Of a DNA stretch of 64,000 nucleotides, positions 32,427 to 43,466 are shown one piece after another (the first letter of the stretch is position 1; every line of letters begins with the position of its first letter). Both the position numbers and the translations under genes were made by a program. Under the pieces are notes generated by a model. The model saw only the letters and a list, made by a program, of their open reading frames with translations. It had not been told where the DNA came from and made no database searches. This stretch comes from an uncultured Candidatus Rokubacteria bacterium (GTDB lineage: Bacteria > Methylomirabilota > Methylomirabilia > Rokubacteriales > DASRDR01): contig CAWCVP010000015.1 of NCBI GenBank assembly GCA_963799055.1, positions 181,440 through 245,439 of the forward strand, in the 5' to 3' direction.

Positions 32427-33625
32427 ATGAGCCAGGACACGAAGACCCTTCTCGAGTGGAGCAACAAGTACCTGTTCCAGAACTACGGTCGGGCGCCGCT
32501 CTGCCTCATCCGCGGGGAGGGTGCTCGCGTCTGGGACACCGACGGCAAGGAGTACCTCGACTTCGTGGGCGGCATCGCCGTGGACGCGCTCGGCCACTCC
32601 CATCCGAAGATCGTCGGCGCGATCCGTGAGCAGGCGACGGCGCTCCTCCAGGTGTCGAACCTCTACCAGATCCCGTCGCAGATCCACCTGGCGAAGCTGC
32701 TGGTGGACCACTCGTTCGGCGACCGCGCGTTCTTCTGCAACTCCGGCACCGAGGCGAACGAGGCGGCCATCAAGCTGGCGCGGAAGTACGCGAAGGAGAC
32801 CCGCGCCACCGACGTGGTCGACATCATCACGATGCGGGGCGCCTTCCACGGCCGGACGCTCGGCGCCCTGTCGGCGACGCCGACCGAGAAGTACCAGCAC
32901 GGCTTCGAGCCCCTGGTGCCCGGCTTCAAGTACGTCCCCTTCGGGGACGTCAAGGCCGTCGAGCGCGCGGTGGACAACCGGACCGCCGCCATCCTGGTCG
33001 AGCCGATCCAGGGCGAGGGCGGCGTCAACGTCGCGCCGGACGGCTACCTCGCCGTGCTCCGGCGGCTGTGCGACGAGACCGGCGCGCTCCTGATGTTCGA
33101 CGAGATCCAGACCGGGATGGGCCGGACCGGACGCCTCTGGGGGTACCAGCACTGGGGCGTGGAGCCGGACGTCATGACGCTCGCGAAGGCCCTCGCCAGC
33201 GGCATCCCGATCGGCGCCATGGTCGCACGCGAGGCGTGCGCGCGGGTCCTGATCGCGGGGACTCACGGCACGACCTTCGGCGGGAACCCGTTCGCGACGA
33301 CGGTGGGCGTGGCGACCTTCACCACGATGCTCGAGGAGCGGCTGCCCGAGCGCGCCGGCCGGGTGGGCGGGCATCTCGTGGAGCGGCTCCGGGCCCTCGC
33401 GGGCGGGCTGCCGGCGATCCGGGAGGTCCGCGGCAAGGGCCTCCTGATCGGGATCGAGATCGACCGCGCGGCGGGCCCGATCGTCGACGCGTGTCGCGAC
33501 CGAGGGCTGCTGATCCTGACCGCCGGCGAGAAGATCCTGCGCATGACACCGCCGCTGATCATCGACGAGGGCGACGCCGATCGCGCGGTGGCGATCGTGG
33601 GGGACGCGCTTCGGCAATCCAAGCC

Positions 33626-33629
<4 letters not shown>
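32427..33629 (+). CDS. argD: Acetylornithine aminotransferase
   Basis: [63 protein letters not shown] (PLP Lys). Confidence 0.9.
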
Positions 33630-34537
<908 letters not shown>

Positions 34538-34553
34538 GCCGGGAGCTCGAGCC

Positions 34554-35756
34554 GTGAGCGGACCGAAGAAGATCGTCCTCGCATACTCGGGTGGCCTCGA
34601 TACCTCGGTGATCCTCGCCTGGCTCAAAGAGACCCACGGCGCCGAGATCGTGGCCTACACGGCCGATCTCGGGCAGGCCGAGGAGCTGATCCCCGTCCGT
34701 GAGAAGGCGCTCCGCACCGGGGCGACGTCGGTCCACATCGTCGACCTCCGCGAGGAGTTCGTCCGCGACTTCGTGTTCCCGGTGCTCCGGGCCAACGCCA
34801 CCTACGAGGCCGGGTACCTCCTCGGGACGTCGTTCGCGCGCCCGCTGATCGCCAAGGGACAGGTCGAGGTCGCCCGGGCCGAGGGAGCGGACGCGGTCGC
34901 CCACGGCGCGACCGGGAAGGGCAATGACCAGGTCCGCTTCGAGCTGACCTATGCGGCGCTGGCGCCCGAGCTCAAGGTCATCGCTCCCTGGCGGGACTGG
35001 GACCTCCGCTCGCGCACGGATCTCATGGCCTATGCCGAGCGCCACGGGATCCCGGTCCCGACGACGCCGGCGCGGCCGTACTCCATGGACCGCAACCTCT
35101 TCCACATCTCCTACGAGGGCGGCGTCCTCGAGGACCCGTGGGCGGAGCCTCCGGAGAAGATGTTCCTCCTGACCCGGTCGCCCGAGGAAGCGCCGGACGT
35201 CCCGACCACGGTCGAGATCGAGTTCGAGGCCGGGAACCCCGTGGCGGTCGACGGGCGCCGCCTCGGACCGGTGGCGCTCCTCGAGCGCCTCAATCGGCTC
35301 GGCGGAGACAACGGGGTCGGGCGCATCGACCTGGTCGAGAACCGTTACGTCGGGATGAAGTCCCGCGGGGTGTACGAGACGCCGGGGGGCACCATCCTCC
35401 ACGCGGCCCACCGGGCGCTCGAGTCCATCACGATGGACCGGGAGCTCCTCCACCTCCGCGACTCGCTGGTGCCGCGCTACGCGGAGATGGTGTACTACGG
35501 ATTCTGGTACGCGCCCGAGCGGGAGGCCCTCCAGGGGCTCATGGACCACGCCCAGCGCGACGTGACCGGGACCGTCCGGCTCAAGCTCTACAAGGGGAAC
35601 GTCACCGTGGCCGGACGGCGCTCCCCACGCTCCCTCTACCGCCAGGACGTCGTGACCTTCGAGGCCGATTCCGTCTACCGCCAGAAGGACGCCGAGGGGT
35701 TCATCCGCCTGAACGCCTTGCGGCTCAGGATCCGCGCCCTCCGCGATCGGGGCTGA
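34554..35756 (+). CDS. argG: Argininosuccinate synthase
   Basis: [44 protein letters not shown]. Confidence 0.95.
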   Translation: MSGPKKIVLAYSGGLDTSVILAWLKETHGAEIVAYTADLGQAEELIPVREKALRTGATSVHIVDLREEFVRDFVFPVLRANATYEAGYLLGTSFARPLIAKGQVEVARAEGADAVAHGATGKGNDQVRFELTYAALAPELKVIAPWRDWDLRSRTDLMAYAERHGIPVPTTPARPYSMDRNLFHISYEGGVLEDPWAEPPEKMFLLTRSPEEAPDVPTTVEIEFEAGNPVAVDGRRLGPVALLERLNRLGGDNGVGRIDLVENRYVGMKSRGVYETPGGTILHAAHRALESITMDRELLHLRDSLVPRYAEMVYYGFWYAPEREALQGLMDHAQRDVTGTVRLKLYKGNVTVAGRRSPRSLYRQDVVTFEADSVYRQKDAEGFIRLNALRLRIRALRDRG

Positions 35757-35770
35757 GCCGCCGGGCGCCC

Positions 35771-36552
35771 GTGATCGACGTCGCGCTCACGCTCGAGGAG
35801 GCGCGCGGGATTCCGCTCGCCGGCGTCACCGCGATCGTCCTCGACGTGGTGCGGGCCTCGACCACCATCGTCGCGGCACTGGCCGGCGGCGCCCAAGCCG
35901 TGGTTCCCGTGTCGAGCCCCGAGGAGGCCCGGGCGCGAGGGCATGCCTGGACCGCTGGACCGGTTCTCATCGGGGGCGAGCGAGGCGGGAATCCGCCCCC
36001 GGCTTCGACTGCGGCAACTCGCCGGCGGAGTACACGCCGGAGCGCGTCGCCGGGCGCACGGTGATCTTCACCACCACCAACGGGACGCGCGCCCTTCTGG
36101 CCGTGGGCGGCGCGCGTCGGATCTCGGTCGGCGGCTTCGTCAACGCCGCCGCCGTGGCGCGGTGGGCGGACGCGGAGCCCGGCGATGTCCTCCTGGTGTG
36201 CGCCGGAGAGCGCGGGCGCTTCTGCCTCGAGGACGCGGTGTGCGCCGGACTCCTCGTCTCCCGGCTCGCGAGGGAGGACGGCGCGCTGACGGATGCCGCG
36301 AGGGCCGCGCGCGCCCTCTGGGATCGCTACGCCGGGAACCTCGAGGGGATGCTGGTCGACGCCACGTGGGCCCAGGCCTTGACGGCGCAGGGGCGGGGAG
36401 CCGACCTGCCGCTCTGCATCGCCCTCGACCAGTACGACGTCGTGCCCGTGGTCCATGACGGCGTCCTGGTGAGCGGGTCGCGTAACTTGACCCCTCTCGG
36501 GCCGGCCCGCCATAATGACGTGGTGCGACGAGTGTCCGGAGGCGAGGCGTGA
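35771..36552 (+). CDS. comB: 2-phosphosulfolactate phosphatase family protein (ComB-like), frame broken near 35990-36060
   Basis: IVLDVVRASTTIVAALAGGA...; in a shifted frame GGERGG..PPGFDCGNSPAEY...; then IFTTTNGTRAL...LLVCAGERGRFCLEDAVCAG. Confidence 0.7.
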
Positions 36553-37127
36553 ACCTGCCGACGCAGCTCACGGTGGGGCGGATCTGTCTCGTCCCGCTCG
36601 TGGTCGTCTTCCTCATCTCGAACGAGTCCATTCACGCCCTCGTGGCCGCCGTGCTGTTCGCGGGGGCCGCCCTGACCGACTGGCTCGACGGGCTCATCGC
36701 CCGCCGGCGCGGGCAGGTCACCACGCTGGGGAAGCTGCTGGACCCGGTGGCCGACAAGGTGCTGGTCTCGGCCGCCCTCATCTCCCTGGTCCAGGTCGGC
36801 ACGGTTCCGGCGTGGATGGTGGTCATCATGATCGGGCGGGAGTTCGCGGTGACCGGACTCCGCAGCGTCTCCGCGGCGCAGGGCCTCGTGATCGAGGCGT
36901 CCGATCTCGCCAAGTACAAGACCGTCGCCCAGTACCTGGCCGTGATCTTCCTGATCCTCGAGCGGGGCATCCCGACCGGGCTCGATTCCGAGTTCCTGTA
37001 CCTGTCGCGCGGCACGCTGTGGGCGGCGCTCATCCTCACGATCTTCTCGGGCATCGACTACTTCGTCCGCTTCTACCGCGCGTCCGATGTCGAGGCCATG
37101 GCGCGGGGAGACGAGCGCTGGCGCTGA
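36549..37127 (+). CDS. pgsA: CDP-diacylglycerol--glycerol-3-phosphate 3-phosphatidyltransferase
   Basis: PTQLTVGRI, the CDP-alcohol phosphotransferase motif TDWLDGLIARRRGQVTTLGKLLDPVADK, and GREFAVTGLR. Confidence 0.9.
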   Translation: MNLPTQLTVGRICLVPLVVVFLISNESIHALVAAVLFAGAALTDWLDGLIARRRGQVTTLGKLLDPVADKVLVSAALISLVQVGTVPAWMVVIMIGREFAVTGLRSVSAAQGLVIEASDLAKYKTVAQYLAVIFLILERGIPTGLDSEFLYLSRGTLWAALILTIFSGIDYFVRFYRASDVEAMARGDERWR

Positions 37128-37750
37128 GCGCGCTCTGCCTTGCCGGCGCCTATCTGGTGGGCGCCATCCCGGTCGGCTACGTGGTCGCGCGGATCCTGGG
37201 CGTGGACATCCGGGGGCGGGGGAGCGGGAACATCGGGGCGACCAACGTCCTTCGCACCGCCGGCTGGACTCCGGCCCTGGCCACGCTCGTCGGTGACATC
37301 GCCAAGGGATACGCGGCGACCTGGCTCGGCAGCCAGGCTGGACCCAGTCCCGCCTGGGCCGGAGCGGGGGCCGTGCTGGCCGTGGTCGGGAACTGCTGGC
37401 CGGTGTTCCTCGGATTCCGCGGCGGGAAAGGTGTGGCGACGGGGCTCGGAGCCTTCCTCCGCATCACGCCGTGGGCCGTGGTTCCGGCCGCCGCCGTGTG
37501 GCTGATCCTGGTCGCGTCTCTGCGCTTCGTGTCCCTCGCCTCGCTGTGCGCCGTCATCGGCCTGCCGGTGGCCATCCTGGCCCTCGGATATCCTCCGGTC
37601 CTCGCGGTGGCCGGCCTGGCCATCGCGGCGATCGTCGTCGCCCGGCACCACGAGAACATCCAGCGGCTCCTGGCCGGCACGGAGAATCGATTCGGCCGAC
37701 CCCGTCCCGGGGCGGGTGGAGTGGCGGCAGGGCCGGGCGGGCACCGGTGA
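37118..37750 (+). CDS. plsY: Glycerol-3-phosphate acyltransferase PlsY (start codon unresolved)
   Basis: AYLVGAIPVGYVVAR..GVDIRGRGSGNIGATNVLRT, FLGFRGGKGVATGLG. There is no canonical start just upstream, so the start is either CTG 37118 or hidden by an indel. Confidence 0.8.
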   Translation: MALSALCLAGAYLVGAIPVGYVVARILGVDIRGRGSGNIGATNVLRTAGWTPALATLVGDIAKGYAATWLGSQAGPSPAWAGAGAVLAVVGNCWPVFLGFRGGKGVATGLGAFLRITPWAVVPAAAVWLILVASLRFVSLASLCAVIGLPVAILALGYPPVLAVAGLAIAAIVVARHHENIQRLLAGTENRFGRPRPGAGGVAAGPGGHR

Positions 37751-38790
37751 CGCCCGGGCGACTCGCGGTGGTCGGAGCGGGAGCCTGGGGCACGGCGCTG
37801 GCCGTCCAGGCGGCCCGCGCGGGATTCGCGCCGCGCCTGTGGGTGTTCGAGCCCGAGCTCCTCGAGATCCTGCGGACCTCGCTCGAGAACTCCTGGTTCC
37901 TGCCGGGCGTGCCGCTGCCCGAGTCGATCGAGCCGCTGGGAGATCTGGCGGCGGTCGTCTCGGGCGCGGAGACGGTGGTCGATCGCCGTCCCTTCCCACG
38001 TGTTCCGGGGCGTCGCGCGGGCGATGGCGCCCCACGTCGCGCCGGGCGCCCGGATCCTGTCCGCCGCGAAGGGGATCGAGGAGGGCCATCTGGCGCGGAT
38101 GTCCGAGATCCTGACCGAGGTGCTGCCCCCGGCGGCGTCGACGCGTGTGGCGGTGCTCTCCGGACCGACGTTCGCCCAGGAGGTGGGGCAGGGCCGACCG
38201 ACGGCCGCCGTCGTGGCCTCGCGCGGATGCCGAGGTCGCGCGGGCGCTTCAGTCGGCGCTGTCCACGCCGACCTTCCGTCTCTACACTCAGCGGGACGTG
38301 CCGGGAGTCGAGCTCGGCGGCGCGCTCAAGAACGTGATGGCGATCGCCACGGGGATCGCGGACGGGCTCGAGCTCGGCACGAACGCCCGTGCCGCCCTCC
38401 TGACCCGCGGCCTCGCCGAGATCACCCGTCTCGGGGTGGCGCTGGGCGCGCGTCCTCGCACGTTCGCGGGACTGGCGGGGCTCGGCGACCTCATCCTCAC
38501 CTGCACGGGCGAGCTGTCGCGAAACCGGCGTCTCGGCCTCGCGCTGGCCCGGGGTCAGTCGCTTGACCGACTGGCAGGCCGGGACCCGCTCGGTCGCGGA
38601 GGGCGTGCGCACCGCTCAGGCCGGGCTCGCTCTCGCTCAGCGCGCGGGCGTGGACGCGCCGATCATCGGCGAGGTCGCTGCCGTGCTCTTCGAGCGGAAG
38701 GCGCCGCGGGAGGCGCTTCTCGCGTTGCTGTCCCGGTCCGCCCGCCCCGAGGAGGAGCCCTACGACCTGACGGCCGGTGGCGATGCCTGA
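37747..38790 (+). CDS. gpsA: NAD(P)H-dependent glycerol-3-phosphate dehydrogenase, at least three frameshifts
   Basis: [14 protein letters not shown], then [28 protein letters not shown], then [35 protein letters not shown], then VAEGVRTA in successive frames. Confidence 0.85.
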
Positions 38791-39809
38791 GCTCCGGAAG
38801 GACCCGGTCGTCGAGCGGTGGGTGATCATCGCGACCGAGCGTGCCCGGCGGCCGATGGATTTCGCGCCCGATACGGTCACGCCCCGCGGCGCGAACGGAT
38901 GCCCGTTCTGTCCGGGCCGCGAGGACCGAACGCCGCCCGAGCTCTACCGCTCGGGGGGGTCGGAGAACGGCTCGTGGGCGGTGCGGGTGGTGCCGAACAA
39001 GTTCCCGGCGCTCCATCCCGAAGGAGAGGTCCACGCCGCCGGCGAGGGGATCTACGATCGCATCGACGGGGTGGGAGCCCACGAGGTCGTCATCGAGAGC
39101 CCCGATCACTTCGCGAGCCTGGGAACCCTTCCCGCGTCGCACGTGGGCGAGGTCCTGGTGGCGTATCGCGAGCGGCTCCTCGCCCTCCGGAAGGACCCGC
39201 GTCTCGAGTACGTCCTGATCTTCAAGAACCACGGGGTGGCGGCCGGCGCCTCGCTCGAGCACCCGCACTCCCAGCTCATCGCGACGCCCATCCTGCCGGA
39301 GCTGATCGCCGAGGAGCTGGAGGGGGCGACCCGCTACTTCCGGATGAAGGAGCGCTGCGTCTGGTGCGACGTGGTGCGTCAGGAGCGGCGGGACGGAAGC
39401 CGGCTGGTGCTCGAGGAGGACGGCTTCGTCGCCATCGCCCCGTTCGCGCCGCGCTTCCCCTTCGAGACGTGGATCCTGCCCACCGCCCACCGAGCGAGCT
39501 TCGAGGGCGTCGTCCACGGACGAGGTGGACTCGCTGGGACGCCTCCTCCGGGATCTGATCGCGCGGCTCGGCCGGCTGTTCGACGATCCTCCCTACAACT
39601 TCGCGCTCCACACGGCCCCGCTCAAGGCGGGGGAGCCGGAGCACTTCCACTGGCACCTCGAGCTGATGCCGAAGCTCACGCACCTGGCCGGATTCGAGCT
39701 CGGGACCGGCTTCTTCATCAACCCGACGCCGCCCGAGGACGCGGCGCGCTTCCTGCGCCAGGCGGAGCCCAAGGCGGACGCGCCGGGCCCGCGGGCGGTC
39801 GCGCGTTGA
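38777..39809 (+). CDS. galT: Galactose-1-phosphate uridylyltransferase-like HIT-family nucleotidyltransferase, one frameshift near 39515
   Basis: [27 protein letters not shown] (zinc site), VVPNKFPAL, the [13 protein letters not shown] (HxHxQ) motif, and a second half-domain with HWHLEL. Confidence 0.8.
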
Positions 39810-39844
39810 CCCTCGGAAACGCCCCTGTTAGAATCCGGGACGTC

Positions 39845-39919
<75 letters not shown>

Positions 39920-39932
39920 GTCTTACCGCGCG

Positions 39933-39982
39933 GACGGGGGAGGGTAGTCCGGCGGCACCGCCGCTGAGCTGCCTCCCCCGTC
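39933..39982 (+). other. Perfect 11-bp stem hairpin (GACGGGGGAGG ... CCTCCCCCGTC) between tRNA-Gly and the tRNA-Cys fragment
   Basis: Arms at 39933-39943 and 39972-39982 are exact reverse complements. The loop holds a smaller GGCG/CGCC hairpin. No U-tract follows. Confidence 0.5.
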
Positions 39983-40024
39983 GCGTTCAGCGGGCCCCGC
40001 GCGGACGTTCAGTCGGTCAGGCCG

Positions 40025-40062
40025 GGCGGCGTAGCCAAGTGGTTAAGGCGACGGTCTGCAAA
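40025..40062 (+). repeat. 38-nt exact copy of the 5' half of tRNA-Cys (acceptor to anticodon loop); putative attL
   Basis: GGCGGCGTAGCCAAGTGGTTAAGGCGACGGTCTGCAAA is identical to 43346-43383. The sequence diverges immediately afterwards. Confidence 0.9.
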
Positions 40063-40256
40063 TGCGTCGGGCTGCGCACGCACTTTCAACGACTTCCCGC
40101 ACACGTCCACGGTGACGACACTCGGGCGGGGGCCGTGGCCCTCCCCTCGGTCCGGCCATGGCCAAACTGGACGGCTGGTCGGGTGTCCGGGCCTTGGGCG
40201 CTTCGATGAGAGTCCGCGACCCCTCTACGGCGCCCGGCGGCGCCTCGTGATGCGTG

Positions 40257-40499
40257 TCACGGCTGCGGATCGAGTGTGAGTTCCGTCACGATCCACCGGG
40301 CCGTCACGTCGTCCTGGTGCCCGCTGGCGGTGACCAGGACGCCGTTCGCGGCGCCGAAGACCGCCACCGTCGGGGCCACCCACAGCCGGCGCCCGTCGAT
40401 CTTCAGCCGGCGCCGCCCCGGATCCCAGGCCGCGATCGACCCGGTGATGAGGAACCGCAGGGGATTCGAGGCGACGATGGAGGTAAACGATCTGGGCAT
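40257..40499 (-). CDS. Hypothetical small protein (80 aa)
   Basis: ORF with a GAGGTG RBS 5 nt before ATG 40499. No recognisable motif. Confidence 0.4.
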   Translation of the reverse strand: MPRSFTSIVASNPLRFLITGSIAAWDPGRRRLKIDGRRLWVAPTVAVFGAANGVLVTASGHQDDVTARWIVTELTLDPQP

Positions 40500-40633
40500 G
40501 GGGGACACCTCGCCGTCGGCCGGTAGCTCGTACGGCACTGGGGCGGATGCCACGGCGACACGTTACCCGCCGCGGGCCGCTCCGAAAGCGTGTCCCGAGG
40601 TCCGAAGTCTATCGCCCTTCCGACGTTCCGTCG

Positions 40634-40650
40634 AGTGCCCGTCTGGCGCC
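40634..40650. repeat. Left 17-bp direct repeat (AGTGCCCGTCTGGCGCC) flanking the IS; putative target-site duplication
   Basis: Exact copy of 42149-42165. Abuts the left inverted repeat. Confidence 0.85.
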
Positions 40651-42148
40651 TGCTGTTGGTCTATGAAAATGTCCTCCCCTAACTGTTCCGTGAAAGTGTC
40701 CTCCCATGGAGCCATGGGAGACCGTCACGATGAGTCGCAAGGAGGCCCGGCGGCCGGGCCTGGTGCAGTTGGCCGTGGCCGGGAAGATCACGACCGCCGA
40801 GGGGGCCCGGAGCTTGGAGATGAGCCTGCGGCAGTTCCGGCGCCTCAAGGTCCGGTATCGGGCCGAGGGGGTGCGGGGGCTGGTCCACCGGCGCCGGGGC
40901 CAGCCGTCGGGCCGCGGCCTGGACGTCGAGGTCCGCGACCGGGTCGTCGAGTTGGTCCAGACCACGTACCGCGACTTCAATGACTGCCACTGCACCGAGA
41001 AGCTCCGCGACGTGGAGGGCCTGCGCGTCAGCCGGAGCACCGTCCGCCGGCTGCGCCGGGCCCGCGGCCTGCCCCCCAAGCGGCGCCGCCGGCCCCCCCA
41101 GCACCGGGCCCGGCGCCCGCGCCGCCCGGCCATGGGGAGCCTCGTCCTCGTCGACGGCAGCGAGTTCGACTGGCTCGGCACCGGCACCCCGCTCTTCCTG
41201 CTCGGCGCCATCGACGACGCGACGAGCGCCATCGTGGCCCTGCACTTCCGCCCGGCCGAGGACCTGCACGGCTATCTCACGCTGCTCCGCCAGCTCGCCG
41301 CGCGCGTGGGCCTGCCCGTGACCCTGTACGGCGATCGCCTCGGCGTCTTTGTCCGCAATGACGACCACTGGAGCCTCGAGGAAGAGCTCCAGGGCGCGCA
41401 GCACCCCACGCACTTCGGCGCGATCCTCCGGGACCTCGGCATCGGCTACATCGCCGCCCACTCGCCCCAGGCCAAGGGCCGCATCGAACGCCTGTGGGAA
41501 ACCCTGCAGGATCGCCTCGTCGCCGAGCTCCGCCTCCACGGCATCCAGACCGTCGCCGCGGCCGAGGCCTTCCTCCCCACCTACCTCGCGGACCACAACC
41601 GCCGCTTGGCCCAGCCCCCCGCCGAGACGACGGCGGCCTGGCGACGGCCCCCCGTGACCTGGCCGAGCGCCTCAGCTGCCGCTATACGCGCCGCGTGGCC
41701 CGCGACAACACCGTGCGCCTCGGCCCGCGCCTCGTCCAGATCCCGCGCGGCCCGCACGGGCGCTCGTACGCCGGCTGCCGCGTCGAGGTCCGGGAGTGCC
41801 TCGATGGCCGGCTGCTCGTCGACTATCAGGGACGCCGCCTGGTCACCGCCCCGGCGCCGGCGGCCGATTTCGTCCTCGGTCCCCGGGCGCCGGCAACGCC
41901 TACGCGCCTCCAGGAGCCCGTCGGAGGAGGGGGGCCGCCATCTCCCCCTTGGCCAAAACGGGCGCGTCTTCGCCGATCGCGGCCCTCACCGCCCTGGCCC
42001 AGCACCTGCGCCGCCCGGCCCGCCCGCATCCGTGGCGGCAGACCTTCTCGCGCCGGCAACGCGAACGCCGTCGCCAGGAGACCCTCACCACCTGATGGGC
42101 GGACATTTTCACTGAACAGTTAGGCGGACATTTTCACTGGACAGCGAC
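40651..42148 (+). mobile_element. Insertion sequence, ISNCY/IS1202-like (about 1.5 kb), with ~55-bp imperfect terminal inverted repeats
   Basis: Each end carries two copies of GTGAAA(A/G)TGTCC(G/T)CC separated by TAACTGTTC. Flanked by 17-bp direct repeats. Encodes an HTH plus rve (DDE) transposase. Confidence 0.85.
40706..42095 (+). pseudogene. ISNCY-family DDE transposase (HTH plus integrase-core domain), at least two frameshifts
   Basis: MSRKEARRPGLVQLAVAGKITTAEGARSLEMSLRQFRRLKVRYRAEG..., VLVDGSEFDWLG...LLGAIDDATS, YGDRLGVF, AHSPQAKGRIERLWETLQDRLV. The C-terminal part continues in other frames (CRYTRRVARDNTVRL...). Confidence 0.8.
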
Positions 42149-42165
42149 AGTGCCCGTCTGGCGCC
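42149..42165. repeat. Right 17-bp direct repeat flanking the IS
   Basis: AGTGCCCGTCTGGCGCC, identical to 40634-40650. Confidence 0.85.
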
Positions 42166-42243
42166 CGGGGCGGGGGCTTGGTAGGGTCGGGCGGACCTGG
42201 TGCCCGAAACTCGACGCGCGTACCGGACAGAGGAGGCTCGATC

Positions 42244-42510
42244 ATGAACTGGCCGACCGCCGCCATCATCGTGAGTGGGTTCATCGTCGGGGCGCTGGTC
42301 CTGTCCCAGCCCGCCGTGTCCCAATCCCCCGGCACGTGGACAGGAGTCGGCATGGAGGGGAACTCGGGATGGGTGGTCAACGTTCACGGGACAGGTCAAG
42401 GCCTGTCAGACGTCGGGGGCTGGGCTCACGTGCAGGCTGAGCCCGTAGCGCTGGTCCACTTCCGGACCCGACGCTCTCCTGGAAGTTCGGAGGACTCGAC
42501 ATGCTTGTGA
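42244..42510 (+). CDS. Hypothetical small exported/membrane protein (88 aa)
   Basis: Strong RBS (AGAGGAGG) before ATG 42244. N-terminal hydrophobic helix MNWPTAAIIVSGFIVGALVL. No known motif. Confidence 0.45.
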   Translation: MNWPTAAIIVSGFIVGALVLSQPAVSQSPGTWTGVGMEGNSGWVVNVHGTGQGLSDVGGWAHVQAEPVALVHFRTRRSPGSSEDSTCL

Positions 42511-42523
42511 TGCGTGCATCACA

Positions 42524-42730
42524 ATGACACCGACACCGAGACAGGTAGGCATACGATTGAAGCGAGTCCGGGAAACGAAGGGACTGAGTCAGACGACGCT
42601 GGCCAGGCGCGCGAAGCTCTCGCGCGAGCACATCGTCCGGCTCGAGGGCGGACGATACGACCCAACGGTGACCACACTCACGAAGCTCGCCAAGGCCCTC
42701 GGAGTGCCGATCACGGACCTCTTGTCGTGA
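42524..42730 (+). CDS. XRE-family helix-turn-helix transcriptional regulator (68 aa)
   Basis: IRLKRVRETKGLSQTTLARRAKLSREHIVRLEGGRYDPTVTTLTKLAKALGV is a textbook HTH_3 domain. Confidence 0.85.
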   Translation: MTPTPRQVGIRLKRVRETKGLSQTTLARRAKLSREHIVRLEGGRYDPTVTTLTKLAKALGVPITDLLS

Positions 42731-42732
42731 CC

Positions 42733-42882
42733 ATGCGGGCGCGTCGCGTCTGGCTCTGGATCGTCGCGGCGGCGCTGATGAGCTTCAGCGGGTGCTCTCA
42801 GGACCCGGTGGGACCCGCGCCCGAGCCGCCGCCCAGCTGTGTGGATCAATTCTCGGGACGTGTCTCTCGCGATTGTCTGTGA
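42733..42882 (+). CDS. Hypothetical small lipoprotein (49 aa)
   Basis: MRARRVWLWIVAAALMSFSGC has a signal plus lipobox. It starts 3 nt after the XRE stop. Confidence 0.4.
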   Translation: MRARRVWLWIVAAALMSFSGCSQDPVGPAPEPPPSCVDQFSGRVSRDCL

Positions 42883-43104
42883 TGGACAGTGAGTGGCCAA
42901 GGCACTCGGCGTGCCGGTGTGACCTCGCTGCTGGAATAGCGCTGACGACTCGATGGCACCATTCCGGCCACTCCATTCAGAGGATTGAAGCTTCCATGGC
43001 CCAACAGCTCGATGCCGCGCCCCCGACCAGTCGCCGCGACGCTGAGGCGCATCGAGAACAAGCTGAAGTAGACGGGACGCCTGTGTCGAATGGATTGTTC
43101 TGTC

Positions 43105-43292
43105 TCAAGGCCCTCGGCGTGTCGGTGACGGCGCTGCTGGAGTGCCATGCCGACCTCCGGATGACCCTCCGGTACGCCCACCTGAGTCCGGCGCACCTGC
43201 GCGGCGCGGTGGAGCGGCTCGAGGGACTCGGGCAGGGGACGCCCGCGTCGACATCGGAACCCGCCGCGGAATCGCAGCCCGTGGGCACATAA
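43105..43292 (+). pseudogene. Tyrosine recombinase (phage-type integrase), C-terminal fragment only
   Basis: ...ALGVSVTALLECHADLRMTLRYAHLSPAHLRGAVERL matches the extreme C-terminus (GHxxxxMT.RYaHl, catalytic Tyr). Nothing integrase-like lies upstream. It sits directly next to tRNA-Cys. Confidence 0.65.
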
Positions 43293-43303
43293 ACGGGCAC
43301 ATA
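43283..43303 (+). repeat. Two direct copies of GGGCACATA, 12 bp apart, between the integrase fragment and tRNA-Cys
   Basis: Copies at 43283-43291 and 43295-43303, plus a related GTGGGC at 43315. Possible recombinase or accessory-protein binding sites. Confidence 0.4.
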
Positions 43304-43345
43304 GGGTAGAATGCGTGGGCCCGTTCACACGTAAGTGGTTGAAAA

Positions 43346-43421
43346 GGCGGCGTAGCCAAGTGGTTAAGGCGACGGTCTGCAAAACCGTTATTCGGCGGTT
43401 CGAATCCGCCCGCCGCCTCCA
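43346..43421 (+). tRNA. tRNA-Cys (anticodon GCA), CCA encoded
   Basis: Acceptor GGCGGCG/CGCCGCC, anticodon arm ACGGT-CTGCAAA-ACCGT, T arm GGCGG-TTCGAAT-CCGCC. Confidence 0.95.
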
Positions 43422-43466
43422 CCTTCCCTCGTCCCGAGCCGGATCGATCGTCTGAGAGCCTGAACG

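Noticed and set aside
40651-42148. Repeated GTGAAAATGTCC-type motifs, considered as a mini CRISPR or REP array
   Set aside because: There are only four copies, arranged as two inverted pairs at the ends of a transposase gene and flanked by a target duplication. They are IS terminal repeats.
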